In this document: positions 27,659-37,142 of the stretch, piece after piece | How the letters are laid out: each line of letters opens with the position of its first letter | How positions within the stretch are numbered: position 1 is the first letter of the stretch | Assembly (NCBI GenBank): GCA_026683435.1 | Contig: GCA_026683435.1_4866.1 | DNA: 64,000 nt | Direction: 5' to 3' (one strand) | DNA from: a phage | Translations under genes and position numbers: made by a program | The notes under the pieces: model-generated | Databases searched by the model: none | Told to the model about the DNA's origin: nothing | Seen by the model: only the letters and a program-made list of their open reading frames with translations

Positions 27659-28546
27659 TTATACCTCGCTTGGATCGTCCAGATCGTTGAACTGGAGATA
27701 CAACGTTCCGACGATGGTGGTACAGGTAACAGGCAGTTTCAACACCAGCGCATACTTGTACTTCGCGTTTGTCGGCATTGCAACAGGGTCATTCAGACCA
27801 ACGCTGATAACCTCCGCGCCCGCCAAACCGTAGGAAGCGGAAGTGGTCGCTACCCATGCAGTACCCGTGATATCTTTCAGCAGGTTAACCATATCCGTCA
27901 ACGGCTGTCCAGACAGAATACCCGGCTTGTATGCCAGCAGAGCATCTCGGTACTTAGTGAAGTTGTACGGGTAGGAATAGACCTCTGCAATGACCGCAGT
28001 AACATTTTCGGAACCCATCTGACCGTTCGGGTATTTCAGACCGGTCAGGACGTTAGTAGTGACCGCAGAGACTAACGACTCATCGCCTTTCACGACTTTA
28101 AATGTCGCCTGTCCAACCCAACCGATAGACTCTGGATGTGCAACAACACGCACAGTACCTTCGGTCTTATCACCGTTCCATTCGATATCTGCGTCCTGCA
28201 GGTCAGCTTCTTCCAGAACAAAACCGTAACGTTGGTTCAGTCCAGGAATGGCCGCATACAAGGTTTCGTTGGATGGGCCGATCGCCAACGTGTCACCAAT
28301 CAACACTAACAAGTCTTCGACTTTCATGCGGTTGTAGAAGACATTTTTCTTACCCGACCAGGTAGAGCCCGTTACCCCATCTGCCGTAATTTTAATTTGC
28401 GTGTTACGGTTAGTCAGCGTTTCCTTTTCCGTACCACGGATGTCCTTTGGCGTGGACCAGATGATGTCAGTCATCTTAACAGCAAGCGAGTTCTGTGCGT
28501 TCACTGCTGCCAACAGGACGTCTTTAGAAGGTTGATAAATAGCCAT
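27659..28546 (-). CDS. paralogue-family protein (295 aa)
   Basis: N-module 'VFYNRMKVEDLL'; C-terminal 'LYLQFNDLD'. Confidence 0.75.
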   Translation of the reverse strand: MAIYQPSKDVLLAAVNAQNSLAVKMTDIIWSTPKDIRGTEKETLTNRNTQIKITADGVTGSTWSGKKNVFYNRMKVEDLLVLIGDTLAIGPSNETLYAAIPGLNQRYGFVLEEADLQDADIEWNGDKTEGTVRVVAHPESIGWVGQATFKVVKGDESLVSAVTTNVLTGLKYPNGQMGSENVTAVIAEVYSYPYNFTKYRDALLAYKPGILSGQPLTDMVNLLKDITGTAWVATTSASYGLAGAEVISVGLNDPVAMPTNAKYKYALVLKLPVTCTTIVGTLYLQFNDLDDPSEV

Positions 28547-28556
28547 TCGCTAATTC

Positions 28557-29414
28557 CTAGTTGTTGTAGTGCAACATACACTCGCCGATTACTTTCGGGT
28601 CGTTCTGAATGCCGGTAATCAGCAATACGTTATCGTACGCTTTATTGGCGGTCGCCAACTCACTCGTTTTGTAGCGGGTAATTGTGCAGTTCGTCGGATC
28701 AAACGACGGTACCCCACGTGCGACCAATGTGGCCATCAGATTGGACGTGTAACCCAAATCAAAGTTACTTCCTACGTCCATTCGCCCGTTCTTAAACGAG
28801 GCCATAACCTGCACTTCATCGGTAAAGTCTTCCCCGTACGTCAAGAAGCCCATGTATTTCTTACCAGTGCTTGCTGCTGCAGGGTGGTTCAAAGCCAACA
28901 AGATGTCGTTTACCACGAGGTCTTCGAGGCTATTCTTACCCCGGATAGACATAAAGGTGATGCTGCCAGTGTATTGGATACAGCTAGCGTTAATACGCAT
29001 CGTGTTGTTTACGTTCAGATAAACGTATTGTTCTGGGATATCATCTGCAACCAGGTTTAATCCATAACGACCGTTCAGGTTCTGCGCAAACGCAGTACGT
29101 TTCGACTCCACGTTCAACCAACCGTAGGCATTCGGTGCAGTTACCTGAGGTGTCATGTTCTTAAATAAGTCGTTCAGCGACAAGCGCTTATAACGGAACG
29201 TTTGAGGACCGATATAACCACGACCTTGACGACCACGAATGATAATCTCGGTGTTGGCACCGCTTGCTGTCGGTGTGATTGCTTTCGGCGTACCGATGAT
29301 AGCATTGTCTAAACCCATCGGTAGAACAGCATCCGGGTTTTCGGCATTAATCGCATCGTACAGATATTGTCGCTGAGACAGACTATATAAAGCCATAATA
29401 GCCTCCTCGGCCAA
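28557..29414 (-). CDS. paralogue-family protein (285 aa)
   Basis: GAGGAGG RBS. N-module 'TFRYKRLSLNDLF'; C-terminal 'MLHYNN'. Confidence 0.75.
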   Translation of the reverse strand: MAEEAIMALYSLSQRQYLYDAINAENPDAVLPMGLDNAIIGTPKAITPTASGANTEIIIRGRQGRGYIGPQTFRYKRLSLNDLFKNMTPQVTAPNAYGWLNVESKRTAFAQNLNGRYGLNLVADDIPEQYVYLNVNNTMRINASCIQYTGSITFMSIRGKNSLEDLVVNDILLALNHPAAASTGKKYMGFLTYGEDFTDEVQVMASFKNGRMDVGSNFDLGYTSNLMATLVARGVPSFDPTNCTITRYKTSELATANKAYDNVLLITGIQNDPKVIGECMLHYNN

Positions 29415-29465
29415 AAAAGAAAGGAGTAGCCAGGAGGAGGATTTCCTCCTCCCAGCGAGGCCTAA

Positions 29466-30377
29466 TTAGGCATTAAAGTGCAGGTACATGATACCCTGGA
29501 AGTTGGTGCACAGAGTGTCATCCAGCTGCAGCAGCAGAACCTGGTTGTAAGCAGTGTTTGCACCTTCAACCGGTTTCTTAGGTTCGTCGCCTGAAGCAGT
29601 GCCATCGTCAGTAGTAGAACCAACGTACAACACGTTAGCGCCTTTCAGGTTATAATCCGCAGGCTTATCAGATGCAACCCACAGTTCCGGCACAACTTTA
29701 TTCAGCTCAACCGGGAATGCAGAGTCGCCAGCGATAACACCTTTCGCCTGTACTTTCAGGAATGCTGCGATTGCTGTGCAGTCTACACCGTAAGAGTAGA
29801 TGTAACCCTGACCCTTCGCAGCGCTTGGACCATCTGGGTAAACCAGGCCGTCGAGCTTGGTTTGTGTTACCACCAGACTCAGACGTTCACCAACCTGAGG
29901 CTTAGCACCGATTTTAACCGGGATGCTGCCCAGATAAGCGTAGCAGTCTTCTTTGAAAGTAATGACGTGGTCAACCGGTGCTGGGTCCGGATCGTTCGGG
30001 TTAGTCAGCGGCGGGTTGGTATTTTCCGGAATAGCCGCCGGAACGATATCGTCTTCGGTCAGCTTCAATCCGTATTGGGTGTTCAGGGTCGTCAGCAGGT
30101 CGGTGGTGGTTTTCGGCAGTTTAACGTCGAGGTATGCGGTTACATTACGGAACAGCGCACTGCCTTCCAGGCGATTATAAGTCACGTCCTGAGTACCGAT
30201 GTACCCGGAGTTCTTTTTCGCAGTCAGGGTCATGCTGGTATTGCGATCGGCACCTTCATCGCTAATAGGGGTCGGTGTGCCGAGCGTTATTTTAGAAAGT
30301 TCCAGTTCTGCGTCTGGGTTTTTCTCATTAATAAAATCCAGAACCAGCTTATCGGACGTTTTGTTTAAAGGTTTCAT
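29466..30377 (-). CDS. paralogue-family protein (303 aa)
   Basis: N-module 'DVTYNRLEGSALF'; C-terminal 'MYLHFNA'. Confidence 0.75.
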   Translation of the reverse strand: MKPLNKTSDKLVLDFINEKNPDAELELSKITLGTPTPISDEGADRNTSMTLTAKKNSGYIGTQDVTYNRLEGSALFRNVTAYLDVKLPKTTTDLLTTLNTQYGLKLTEDDIVPAAIPENTNPPLTNPNDPDPAPVDHVITFKEDCYAYLGSIPVKIGAKPQVGERLSLVVTQTKLDGLVYPDGPSAAKGQGYIYSYGVDCTAIAAFLKVQAKGVIAGDSAFPVELNKVVPELWVASDKPADYNLKGANVLYVGSTTDDGTASGDEPKKPVEGANTAYNQVLLLQLDDTLCTNFQGIMYLHFNA

Positions 30378-30398
30378 TCTTACTTCCTTTACTCAGGA

Positions 30399-31244
30399 TT
30401 AATCAGGGTCGTTGTAATGCAAATACAAACGCCCGCCAAAATTCAGACAGTACAACGACAGCTCCACAATCAGCACGTTGTCGACTGCTGGGTTGGTTGG
30501 TAATTCCGCTTTGTTACGCCCGTTATAGACGACGACGGCTTCACGAAGGTTAAAGTCGATAGGGTTGCGGTACGTTGTCCAGTTATCACCGGTGACCGTT
30601 TTGAGAATCTGTGCCAGACGTTCTGTGGTTATCGCAGCACCTAGTCGTTGAAATTCCTCCGCGAAATTATCAAAGCGCCAGGGATACGAATAAACTGCAC
30701 CTTGACCGACCTTGATGTTAAAATACGGATACTCGTAAGGCATCACTGTTAACGGTTCGAAGTTTGCAGGAAGCAACGCATCGCCTGGTAACAGCTGTAC
30801 CTGTTGTTGCCCTATCCAACCTAAAGAAGTGGGCGTGGCAATCAGATCCACACGCCATGTCTTCCTGTCGATTTCGGTATTCACCACATCTGCAGGTTTA
30901 AGGCTGAGACCGTAATACTGGTTAATTAACCCGACCACGTCATGCATCTGGTAAACAGCATCGAGACGTGCAGGAACACGTAGAGGTTGAATCCCGTCCG
31001 GATCGGTAAACATGTCTGCGAAGTCAACACGATCGTAGTACACGGTAGTGGCACCGATAGCATTAGCCGTGGCCAATGCCTGAATGCGCACCATCGCGTT
31101 GTGACCGTTAGCTTTTGCCAGGTCTTCGTCAGACGTCGGAATCGCAGGGACACCAAAAACAACATCTTCGACTTTTAAATCGAGATTGTTTTCGACGTTA
31201 ACTTCCGCGATAATAATCTTTTCAGCTGTGGCTAAAAGTGGCAT
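30399..31244 (-). CDS. paralogue-family protein (281 aa)
   Basis: N-module 'TTVYYDRVDFADMF'; C-terminal 'LYLHYNDPD'. Confidence 0.75.
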   Translation of the reverse strand: MPLLATAEKIIIAEVNVENNLDLKVEDVVFGVPAIPTSDEDLAKANGHNAMVRIQALATANAIGATTVYYDRVDFADMFTDPDGIQPLRVPARLDAVYQMHDVVGLINQYYGLSLKPADVVNTEIDRKTWRVDLIATPTSLGWIGQQQVQLLPGDALLPANFEPLTVMPYEYPYFNIKVGQGAVYSYPWRFDNFAEEFQRLGAAITTERLAQILKTVTGDNWTTYRNPIDFNLREAVVVYNGRNKAELPTNPAVDNVLIVELSLYCLNFGGRLYLHYNDPD

Positions 31245-31254
31245 GTCAAAATCC

Positions 31255-32097
31255 TTATATCGGGAGATAATGAAGGATGAGATTACCGGCGTAGTTGCTG
31301 TCCGCAGCTAGCTTGATAATCGCCACACGCTGATAATCGGGGTTGTAACTATCGTTCGGTGTGACTGAAGTTATCCCCATAAATCGTGCACCTTGGAGTG
31401 CAATTTGTTCAGGTTGCGCATTCGCCCCCGTCACATATGCAAACTTTAATGGCACCACTTCATTCAACAACTCAACATCCGCTGCAGTGATTGCACGGTT
31501 GTAAACCCAATCGGTGGTGAACTGTTTTTGCAGTTCAGTCCAATCGTAACCATACGCCACATACTCAGCCTGCGGTTTACTAGCAACCACGAACGGCGCG
31601 ATAATTGCGCTGAGGTCAACATCCGTCACCACATCCGCCAAGTTCGGGAAGAACTTCGCAAAGCGTAAACGGAAACCACCTTGCCAGGCCAAGCAACCGG
31701 GCTTAATAGTCACATCGATTAACCAGCTTTCTCCCAAATCTTTTACTGACTGGTCAACGATATCGTCGGCAACTAAAGACAAGCCGTATTTCGCATTCAG
31801 AAACGGCAACAACTCAGAGAGTTTATTTACCGGGTCGGCAACGACTACCGGTATTACGTTCCTGAACAGAATTTCCATTTCGATACGGTCGTATTCGAGC
31901 GTAACGTTGCCTTTGTAGCCCTTGCCGTTCAACCCGTATAAGAGCACACGCGTATTCCGGTCAGCGCCAGGCGTTTGGACAGACTCAGGGAAGCCAGTTG
32001 CAACCTGCTCCCATGTGAGTGGATTGGCCGTTAATCCGTTCTGTCGGTTAATAGCATCTAACAACATCTCTTTCGAGGGCTTATCGTAAATAGACAC
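31255..32097 (-). CDS. paralogue-family protein (280 aa)
   Basis: N-module 'VTLEYDRIEMEILF'; C-terminal 'LILHYLPI'. Confidence 0.75.
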   Translation of the reverse strand: MSIYDKPSKEMLLDAINRQNGLTANPLTWEQVATGFPESVQTPGADRNTRVLLYGLNGKGYKGNVTLEYDRIEMEILFRNVIPVVVADPVNKLSELLPFLNAKYGLSLVADDIVDQSVKDLGESWLIDVTIKPGCLAWQGGFRLRFAKFFPNLADVVTDVDLSAIIAPFVVASKPQAEYVAYGYDWTELQKQFTTDWVYNRAITAADVELLNEVVPLKFAYVTGANAQPEQIALQGARFMGITSVTPNDSYNPDYQRVAIIKLAADSNYAGNLILHYLPI

Positions 32098-32107
32098 CTA
32101 TACCCTC

Positions 32108-32905
32108 CTAGTTGTTAAAGTGTAGGTTGAGGCTGCCCTGGAAGTTCGTACATTTATCGGTCAGTTGCACTGACACGACTTTCGCGAACGCCGTATTTGC
32201 TCCCGGCAAGTCTGCAGGTACGCCGTCGAATACGACAGTGGCACCACGCAGGTTATACGGGGATGGGGTATCTTCAGCTACCCAAATCTCAGGAACACAT
32301 TTGTTGAGTTCGATTGCCAACGCCGTGTCATCTACCTCGATACCGACCGCTAAGAGGCTCAGGAAACGAGAGATGTGGCTACAATCGATGTCACGCGAAT
32401 AGATATACGCCTGACCCAACTGGATGTCCTGGTGATCCGGGTACAGAAGACCGCTCAACTCTGTATTGGTTACTACTTCTGCCAGAGGTGTAGCAGGTTT
32501 CAGCTCGATGACCGCTTGACTTCGCCACTCGTGGGAAGTTTCAACAGCAACGACTGTGTGCGTCTGTCCATCAATGGGGTTATCTTCGATATCCTCAGGT
32601 AAGATAGACAGATTAAAACGCTCGTTAATCGCCGCGAGTAAGTCGTGCGTGGTTTGCACGTCCTCGTCTCCAAAGGCAACATCGCCTGTAAGGTAGTCCT
32701 CTAATGGGCGACGATGGTAGTCCACAATCACTTGCGTACCTTCATCACCGCGCATCTTCGAGGTAAGGACTACCTCCGAATCACGACCGTCTACTGACAC
32801 AACCTCCGGCAGTCCGATATCAACATCGTCAAAGGTAAGCGGTGGGCTTATCTTATTCTCTTCGTTGATGAGTTTTAGCAGATTCTGTTTTGAAGTAAAA
32901 GACAT
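32108..32905 (-). CDS. paralogue-family protein (265 aa), first gene of the array
   Basis: N-module 'VIVDYHRRPLEDYL'; C-terminal 'LNLHFNN'. Confidence 0.75.
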   Translation of the reverse strand: MSFTSKQNLLKLINEENKISPPLTFDDVDIGLPEVVSVDGRDSEVVLTSKMRGDEGTQVIVDYHRRPLEDYLTGDVAFGDEDVQTTHDLLAAINERFNLSILPEDIEDNPIDGQTHTVVAVETSHEWRSQAVIELKPATPLAEVVTNTELSGLLYPDHQDIQLGQAYIYSRDIDCSHISRFLSLLAVGIEVDDTALAIELNKCVPEIWVAEDTPSPYNLRGATVVFDGVPADLPGANTAFAKVVSVQLTDKCTNFQGSLNLHFNN

Positions 32906-33004
32906 CGCGTTAACTCGAGTTAAGGGATTATTGAGGTCGTAAGATTTTTAGACCCCCTGCCAGCATATTAAAAGCGTAGTGCGTACCAGAATCCGAACAA
33001 GAGC

Positions 33005-33052
33005 AAACAAAAAAAGAAAAGGAAACAAAAAAGAAGGGGAGCCGAAGCTCCC
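33005..33052 (-). terminator. intrinsic terminator (possibly bidirectional)
   Basis: Stem GGGAGC/GCTCCC with TTCG loop on the minus transcript, then a long T-run. Confidence 0.5.
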
Positions 33053-33083
33053 TTTTCTTCACGACTATATCCTCAATCGTCGA

Positions 33084-33302
33084 TTAACAGACCCACACAA
33101 GGCCGTTATTCTTTGGGCGGTCTTTAACACCGTAGGTTACTTCAACATTGTCAATCTTTTTTTCGTCGTCTTTCATTGTATTCATGAAAGCTTTGGCTTC
33201 TGCTGCAGACATTTTCAGCAGCAGGTCAATCATGTCGGGCTTACGTTTGGCTGCGGTTTCAACAACAGGTTTGATTTCAGATTTGGAGAACAGGTTGCGC
33301 AT
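33084..33302 (-). CDS. hypothetical small protein (72 aa)
   Basis: ORF with lysine-rich composition in the leftward early-type block. Confidence 0.5.
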   Translation of the reverse strand: MRNLFSKSEIKPVVETAAKRKPDMIDLLLKMSAAEAKAFMNTMKDDEKKIDNVEVTYGVKDRPKNNGLVWVC

Positions 33303-33363
33303 GGGATATTCCTTTTTTGTAGATTGCGGGTGAATTGGCGGGACTTTGCCCGCCGGGTTATTA

Positions 33364-33810
33364 TTAGTGTACTTCTTTTTCTAAACGCAGGCGATGCGTC
33401 GCTAAGGCAACCGCGCGGTTTTCGAATTCAAGACTGAATGGACTGATTTGTGCCATGTATTTCTTTACAACATCGTCAGAGACAACTTGACGACGATAAT
33501 CACGAATCATTTCAGCGAAGCTGCTAGTAGGAAGTTCGTCGTATTCGATTTCCATACCACGTCTATTGATGTAATACGAAGCAACCATGTCGTTAAACAT
33601 TACGTCACCGGCTTCACCTAAAGGGAACTCGTCACGTGTGGGTTCCGTAGTCTGGAACGTGGCTTCTTTGGCGTTGGCGATAATCTCTTCGAAGTCCTCA
33701 GTAGTGAATTCGCTAGGGTCTTGTTTGTTGGCCGCCATCACGATTAGGAAAGAAATCATAATCGGGTTTTTGCTAGCGTACTTAGTAAGTTCGTTATTCA
33801 GAATGTACAT
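33364..33810 (-). CDS. hypothetical protein (148 aa)
   Basis: AAGGAG RBS, preceded by the conserved upstream motif. Confidence 0.65.
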   Translation of the reverse strand: MYILNNELTKYASKNPIMISFLIVMAANKQDPSEFTTEDFEEIIANAKEATFQTTEPTRDEFPLGEAGDVMFNDMVASYYINRRGMEIEYDELPTSSFAEMIRDYRRQVVSDDVVKKYMAQISPFSLEFENRAVALATHRLRLEKEVH

Positions 33811-33856
33811 GTTAAAACTCCTTAAGATAATGGTCGATTAGATAAGAGTTAATGGT

Positions 33857-33887
33857 TAACTCTCACCTAAGTAATATATATCTGAAA
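33857..33887 (-). promoter_or_regulatory. conserved upstream motif, copy 1 (putative phage promoter or operator)
   Basis: TAACTCTCACCTAAGTAATATATATCTGAAA on the plus strand, identical to 52611-52641, about 45-75 nt upstream of the ATG. Confidence 0.5.
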
Positions 33888-33904
33888 ATAATTGTAATCG
33901 GACT

Positions 33905-33945
33905 AGACAAAAAAAGAAGAAACCCTACTCCCGAAGGAGTAGGGT
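33905..33945 (-). terminator. intrinsic terminator
   Basis: Stem CCCTACTCC/GGAGTAGGG with UUCG loop on the transcript, then T-run. Confidence 0.55.
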
Positions 33946-33981
33946 ACTGCTTTATTCGCTACCCTTGGGATAAGCGTCATC

Positions 33982-34410
33982 CTAGTTGATGTGGAGTAGA
34001 GTGTCCTTCAACGCCTTCTGCTTTTCGTACGACTGACGACACAAGGAAGTCAGCGTCGAATACGCCGTGCCGGTACGCACCGGTAATTCGCCACCCGCTT
34101 CGGTGGGTTCTGTACGAACAAAAGACCCTTCTTCAAACGGCGGCGCTGCGTGTGGGAAGTTCTTTTTCATGTATCGCTTATACCAGCCGGCTACAACACG
34201 GATAACTTTTGGCATCTGAGATCGTCGGTCACGTACTTTCTTCCCGTGCATCTGATTCATCTCGGAAGACATGCATAGCGAGGTGTACTGACTGAATCCG
34301 TCACTGACCCACTTACCGTCCTGGACCAGTAATTTCTTACCAACTGCTACAGCGATTCTCGGAGAGAAAATGACCGCACCATCTTTACGTTTCTTAGGCT
34401 TAAGCATCAT
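33982..34410 (-). CDS. hypothetical basic protein (142 aa)
   Basis: N-terminus MMLKPKKRKDG resembles the N-terminus of the next gene. Confidence 0.6.
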   Translation of the reverse strand: MMLKPKKRKDGAVIFSPRIAVAVGKKLLVQDGKWVSDGFSQYTSLCMSSEMNQMHGKKVRDRRSQMPKVIRVVAGWYKRYMKKNFPHAAPPFEEGSFVRTEPTEAGGELPVRTGTAYSTLTSLCRQSYEKQKALKDTLLHIN

Positions 34411-35203
34411 TATCGTCCTTGTATAGGGAGTCGTAAGGGCTGTTAGTGTTCATGTTAAATTCTTGTTCTACTTCAGGATGTTGTGAAAGGGAATCCAGAA
34501 AGATCGGTTGATATCCACCCTCTGTACGTTTCTTTATCATTTCAAGGAACGACTTTCCATCAGGAACATCAGGTGTTGATACTAACACCGTGTCAGAGAC
34601 TGTCGGTAAACGCGTGCAGCCTTCAGTGTTCAGCTGTAGTACCGCGTCTGGTGCGATGTGTCTGATGTTAGGAAACTTCAACGCGATCTCTTCCATCTTC
34701 GCTTTCAATGCATCACCGTTTAGCAGCGGTACAGTCGGCGTCATATAAGCGAACTCAACATCTCGATCGGCCACATAATCGCGTAAGTGTTTTCGGGCTG
34801 CTACTGTAGCAGAAACTTGCTCTTTATTAGCGTTTATGCCGATGTCATTAAAGCGTTTTAGTTTGTCTAAGAAAACGCTAATGTTTTCCTTCGGCATAGG
34901 GCGTGGGAACTTACGCAGAAAATAAAGTTGTTCGCGGCCAGGCACCCAGCTGAGTACCCAGCACGCTTTTAGTGTACGGAAGATATCACGATAGGGTTTC
35001 TTCTCTTGAAAGAAATCCCCTTTTAACTGGCAACGGTCTTCAACCATTGCCTGGAGTTGGGTGGCTACGTTGGCCATTGCCGACCAGGTGATAAGACGAC
35101 TACGGTGTTTACCCACGTAGAGACGTCCACCTGTAACACGACGGGACTGTGGATGTACTATTTTGACAAACTGTAATCTTTTCTGTTTGCGTGGTTTTAA
35201 CAT
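34400..35203 (-). CDS. hypothetical protein (about 267 aa)
   Basis: AAGGAG lies 8 nt upstream of the internal ATG (MLKPRKQKRLQF...). Confidence 0.6.
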   Translation of the reverse strand: MLKPRKQKRLQFVKIVHPQSRRVTGGRLYVGKHRSRLITWSAMANVATQLQAMVEDRCQLKGDFFQEKKPYRDIFRTLKACWVLSWVPGREQLYFLRKFPRPMPKENISVFLDKLKRFNDIGINANKEQVSATVAARKHLRDYVADRDVEFAYMTPTVPLLNGDALKAKMEEIALKFPNIRHIAPDAVLQLNTEGCTRLPTVSDTVLVSTPDVPDGKSFLEMIKKRTEGGYQPIFLDSLSQHPEVEQEFNMNTNSPYDSLYKDDNDA

Positions 35204-35280
35204 TTTAATACTCCTTATGGTCGTAACTAATTTGAAACTGTTGCTTTTAAGGATTAACGAACAGCCTGCCAACCTCTAAT

Positions 35281-35697
35281 TTACTCATCTTTTACCTCGA
35301 AACCGTGACTACGGAAATACTCGATGGCCGCAGAACGTTTACCTACACAGGAGAGTTTTTCATAGAGCAACTCAAGGAGTGTTTTTGGTTCCCAACGTTG
35401 CTCTATGAAATAGATTAGGGCACCCAGGTTCCGTCCTAACATCTTGTCACGCAGATCCGCATCTCGTCGGGCATCCCGTAGCTCATCTTCGAGTTTCCGG
35501 TTCTTAGACTGTTCCTCAGAAAGTAGTCGTGTAAGCTTACGGCGTTCTTCGAAAGATTCATCAAGATTTCTTTTCCACGCTTCTTTCGAAATTTCCAACT
35601 CAGTCTTTGATAGGCTGAGTTCCAATTCCAGTATTTCTAATTGGCGACGCAACTGTTTTTTCTCCTGAAACAGGCCGAACATGTTTTCTCCTTGCAA
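35281..35697 (-). CDS. hypothetical coiled-coil protein
   Basis: Charged heptad-like region (LEILELELSLSKTELEISKEAWKRNLDESFEERRKL...). Confidence 0.55.
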   Translation of the reverse strand: MQGENMFGLFQEKKQLRRQLEILELELSLSKTELEISKEAWKRNLDESFEERRKLTRLLSEEQSKNRKLEDELRDARRDADLRDKMLGRNLGALIYFIEQRWEPKTLLELLYEKLSCVGKRSAAIEYFRSHGFEVKDE

Positions 35698-35747
35698 TAG
35701 CTCTATCGATTCTGTTACGAATTTCTGCTAACGTTAACGGTTCCCAC

Positions 35748-36068
35748 TTAAAATCCATTGCGACCTCCATGTGCGATGTATAACGCACATTTCGCATTGA
35801 GTGCTTCGATATTAGCGATAAGTATCATCACCCCGCCGAGTGTTCGTGGTACGCGAACTGCTTCGTACTCGCGACTTTGTGTACGGACACAATATTCATC
35901 GCCCAGGAACGCGATTTCGTAATACTCAGCACGTAACGGTACAAATGACTGTAGCAACATATCTGCGGTTTGATAGTCGTCAGTCAGTTTCCCGCCCTCG
36001 AGTAAATATTTCTGAATCTCGTGAATAGTCAGTCCCCGTAATGAAATAGACACCGGCTTCTCCTTCAT
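35748..36068 (-). CDS. hypothetical protein (106 aa)
   Basis: ORF in the co-directional block; overlaps the upstream ORF in another frame. Confidence 0.45.
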   Translation of the reverse strand: MKEKPVSISLRGLTIHEIQKYLLEGGKLTDDYQTADMLLQSFVPLRAEYYEIAFLGDEYCVRTQSREYEAVRVPRTLGGVMILIANIEALNAKCALYIAHGGRNGF

Positions 36069-36411
36069 GGTCGATTAATAACAGTTCAGGTGGTACGTCG
36101 TAGTCGATGGGTGCGGACTCCTCCATCACGCTATACAATCGCTGATAGAACTCTCTGGAGGTTTCCAGGTGCCCTCTTGACACGTGTCTGACATGCGGTG
36201 TATTAGGATGATAAAACTCGCCGTAGGTTATCGCTAACTCGACAAACCATAGACATAGTTCTCTTGGCCCGTATCGGTTATAAAACTTTATCACCCCAAC
36301 ATCAAACATCTTGTTGTAATGCGGTAAATCACGATAACGAAGTTTTAGTGTACCTACACCGATGCGTTGAAGCTCGATAGAGATAGCTACGTCTATGGTT
36401 AACATTATCAA
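35980..36411 (-). CDS. hypothetical protein (143 aa)
   Basis: ORF in the co-directional block. Confidence 0.5.
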   Translation of the reverse strand: MIMLTIDVAISIELQRIGVGTLKLRYRDLPHYNKMFDVGVIKFYNRYGPRELCLWFVELAITYGEFYHPNTPHVRHVSRGHLETSREFYQRLYSVMEESAPIDYDVPPELLLIDHEGEAGVYFITGTDYSRDSEIFTRGRETD

Positions 36412-36428
36412 TTACCCTTATCTACCGA

Positions 36429-36812
36429 TCAGTTAAATCCGGTATATTCGTTGATGCTACCGTCCTTGATATACACGCCTGGCGTCAGTGCAACTTTACG
36501 TGGATCGTTATCAGCACGCTCGCCGTTACACTGAACGTTCCACTCGTTGACTAAGCGCTCCATTTCGCGCGATGCATATAGGCGCACGTCTGTAACCAGC
36601 TCGCTGGCCTCACCCAGATGCGTTGCGTGAAGCACGCTATTCTCCAGGCCGTAGAGTTTAGCGAGCAGGATTTTGTTAAGTTCTAACGCTGCTTTTGCAA
36701 CGAGCGCGTACCCTTGACGTTGTCCATCTATGTCTGCGTTCAGTAACGTCAGCTGATGATTTTTCATGTGCTCGATAGCCAGTGCTAAATCGGTGTTCGG
36801 TGGTGTTTCCAT
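36429..36812 (-). CDS. hypothetical protein (127 aa)
   Basis: ORF with an ATGA-type junction to the upstream gene. Confidence 0.55.
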   Translation of the reverse strand: METPPNTDLALAIEHMKNHQLTLLNADIDGQRQGYALVAKAALELNKILLAKLYGLENSVLHATHLGEASELVTDVRLYASREMERLVNEWNVQCNGERADNDPRKVALTPGVYIKDGSINEYTGFN

Positions 36813-37132
36813 TAGTTTTTATCCTCACGTTTACTAAATTCTTCTAACATCTCGTCGTACGCACTCCTGGTATCTTTTAATCCCTGAACGGCCGCGTCAT
36901 AGGCACGCCGCGCAGGGGACGTAAGATGGTAGTGCCCAATACGTTCGATAATGTCGTGACAGCGACTTATGTGCGTGCAGAGCCTACTCGCATTAACGCC
37001 CAGTTCCGCGAGGTCGTGTCTTAACTGCAAGTTATCGGCCTGTACACGACGGTTAGCGGCAGCTAATTCTCGGTTTTCTTCGTACAGTTGTTTTTGTCGC
37101 TTGTTAATCAGCGCCAGTAACCAGTTCAACAT
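36812..37132 (-). CDS. hypothetical coiled-coil protein (106 aa)
   Basis: ORF with charged helical composition. Confidence 0.55.
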   Translation of the reverse strand: MLNWLLALINKRQKQLYEENRELAAANRRVQADNLQLRHDLAELGVNASRLCTHISRCHDIIERIGHYHLTSPARRAYDAAVQGLKDTRSAYDEMLEEFSKREDKN

Positions 37133-37142
37133 CCTGTCCCCC

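Noticed and set aside
19425-32905. Possible CRISPR array or non-coding tandem repeats in the highly repetitive 19-33 kb region
   Set aside because: The repetition is at the protein-paralogue level, with long divergent ORFs and no short direct repeats with unique spacers.
32979-33437. Plus-strand 152-aa ORF
   Set aside because: It overlaps the minus-strand gene 33084-33302 and a terminator, has a Lys/Phe-rich low-complexity translation, and no RBS.
35600-35797. 65-aa minus-strand ORF bridging two genes
   Set aside because: It overlaps both neighbours out of frame and spans their intergenic region, so it is probably not a gene.
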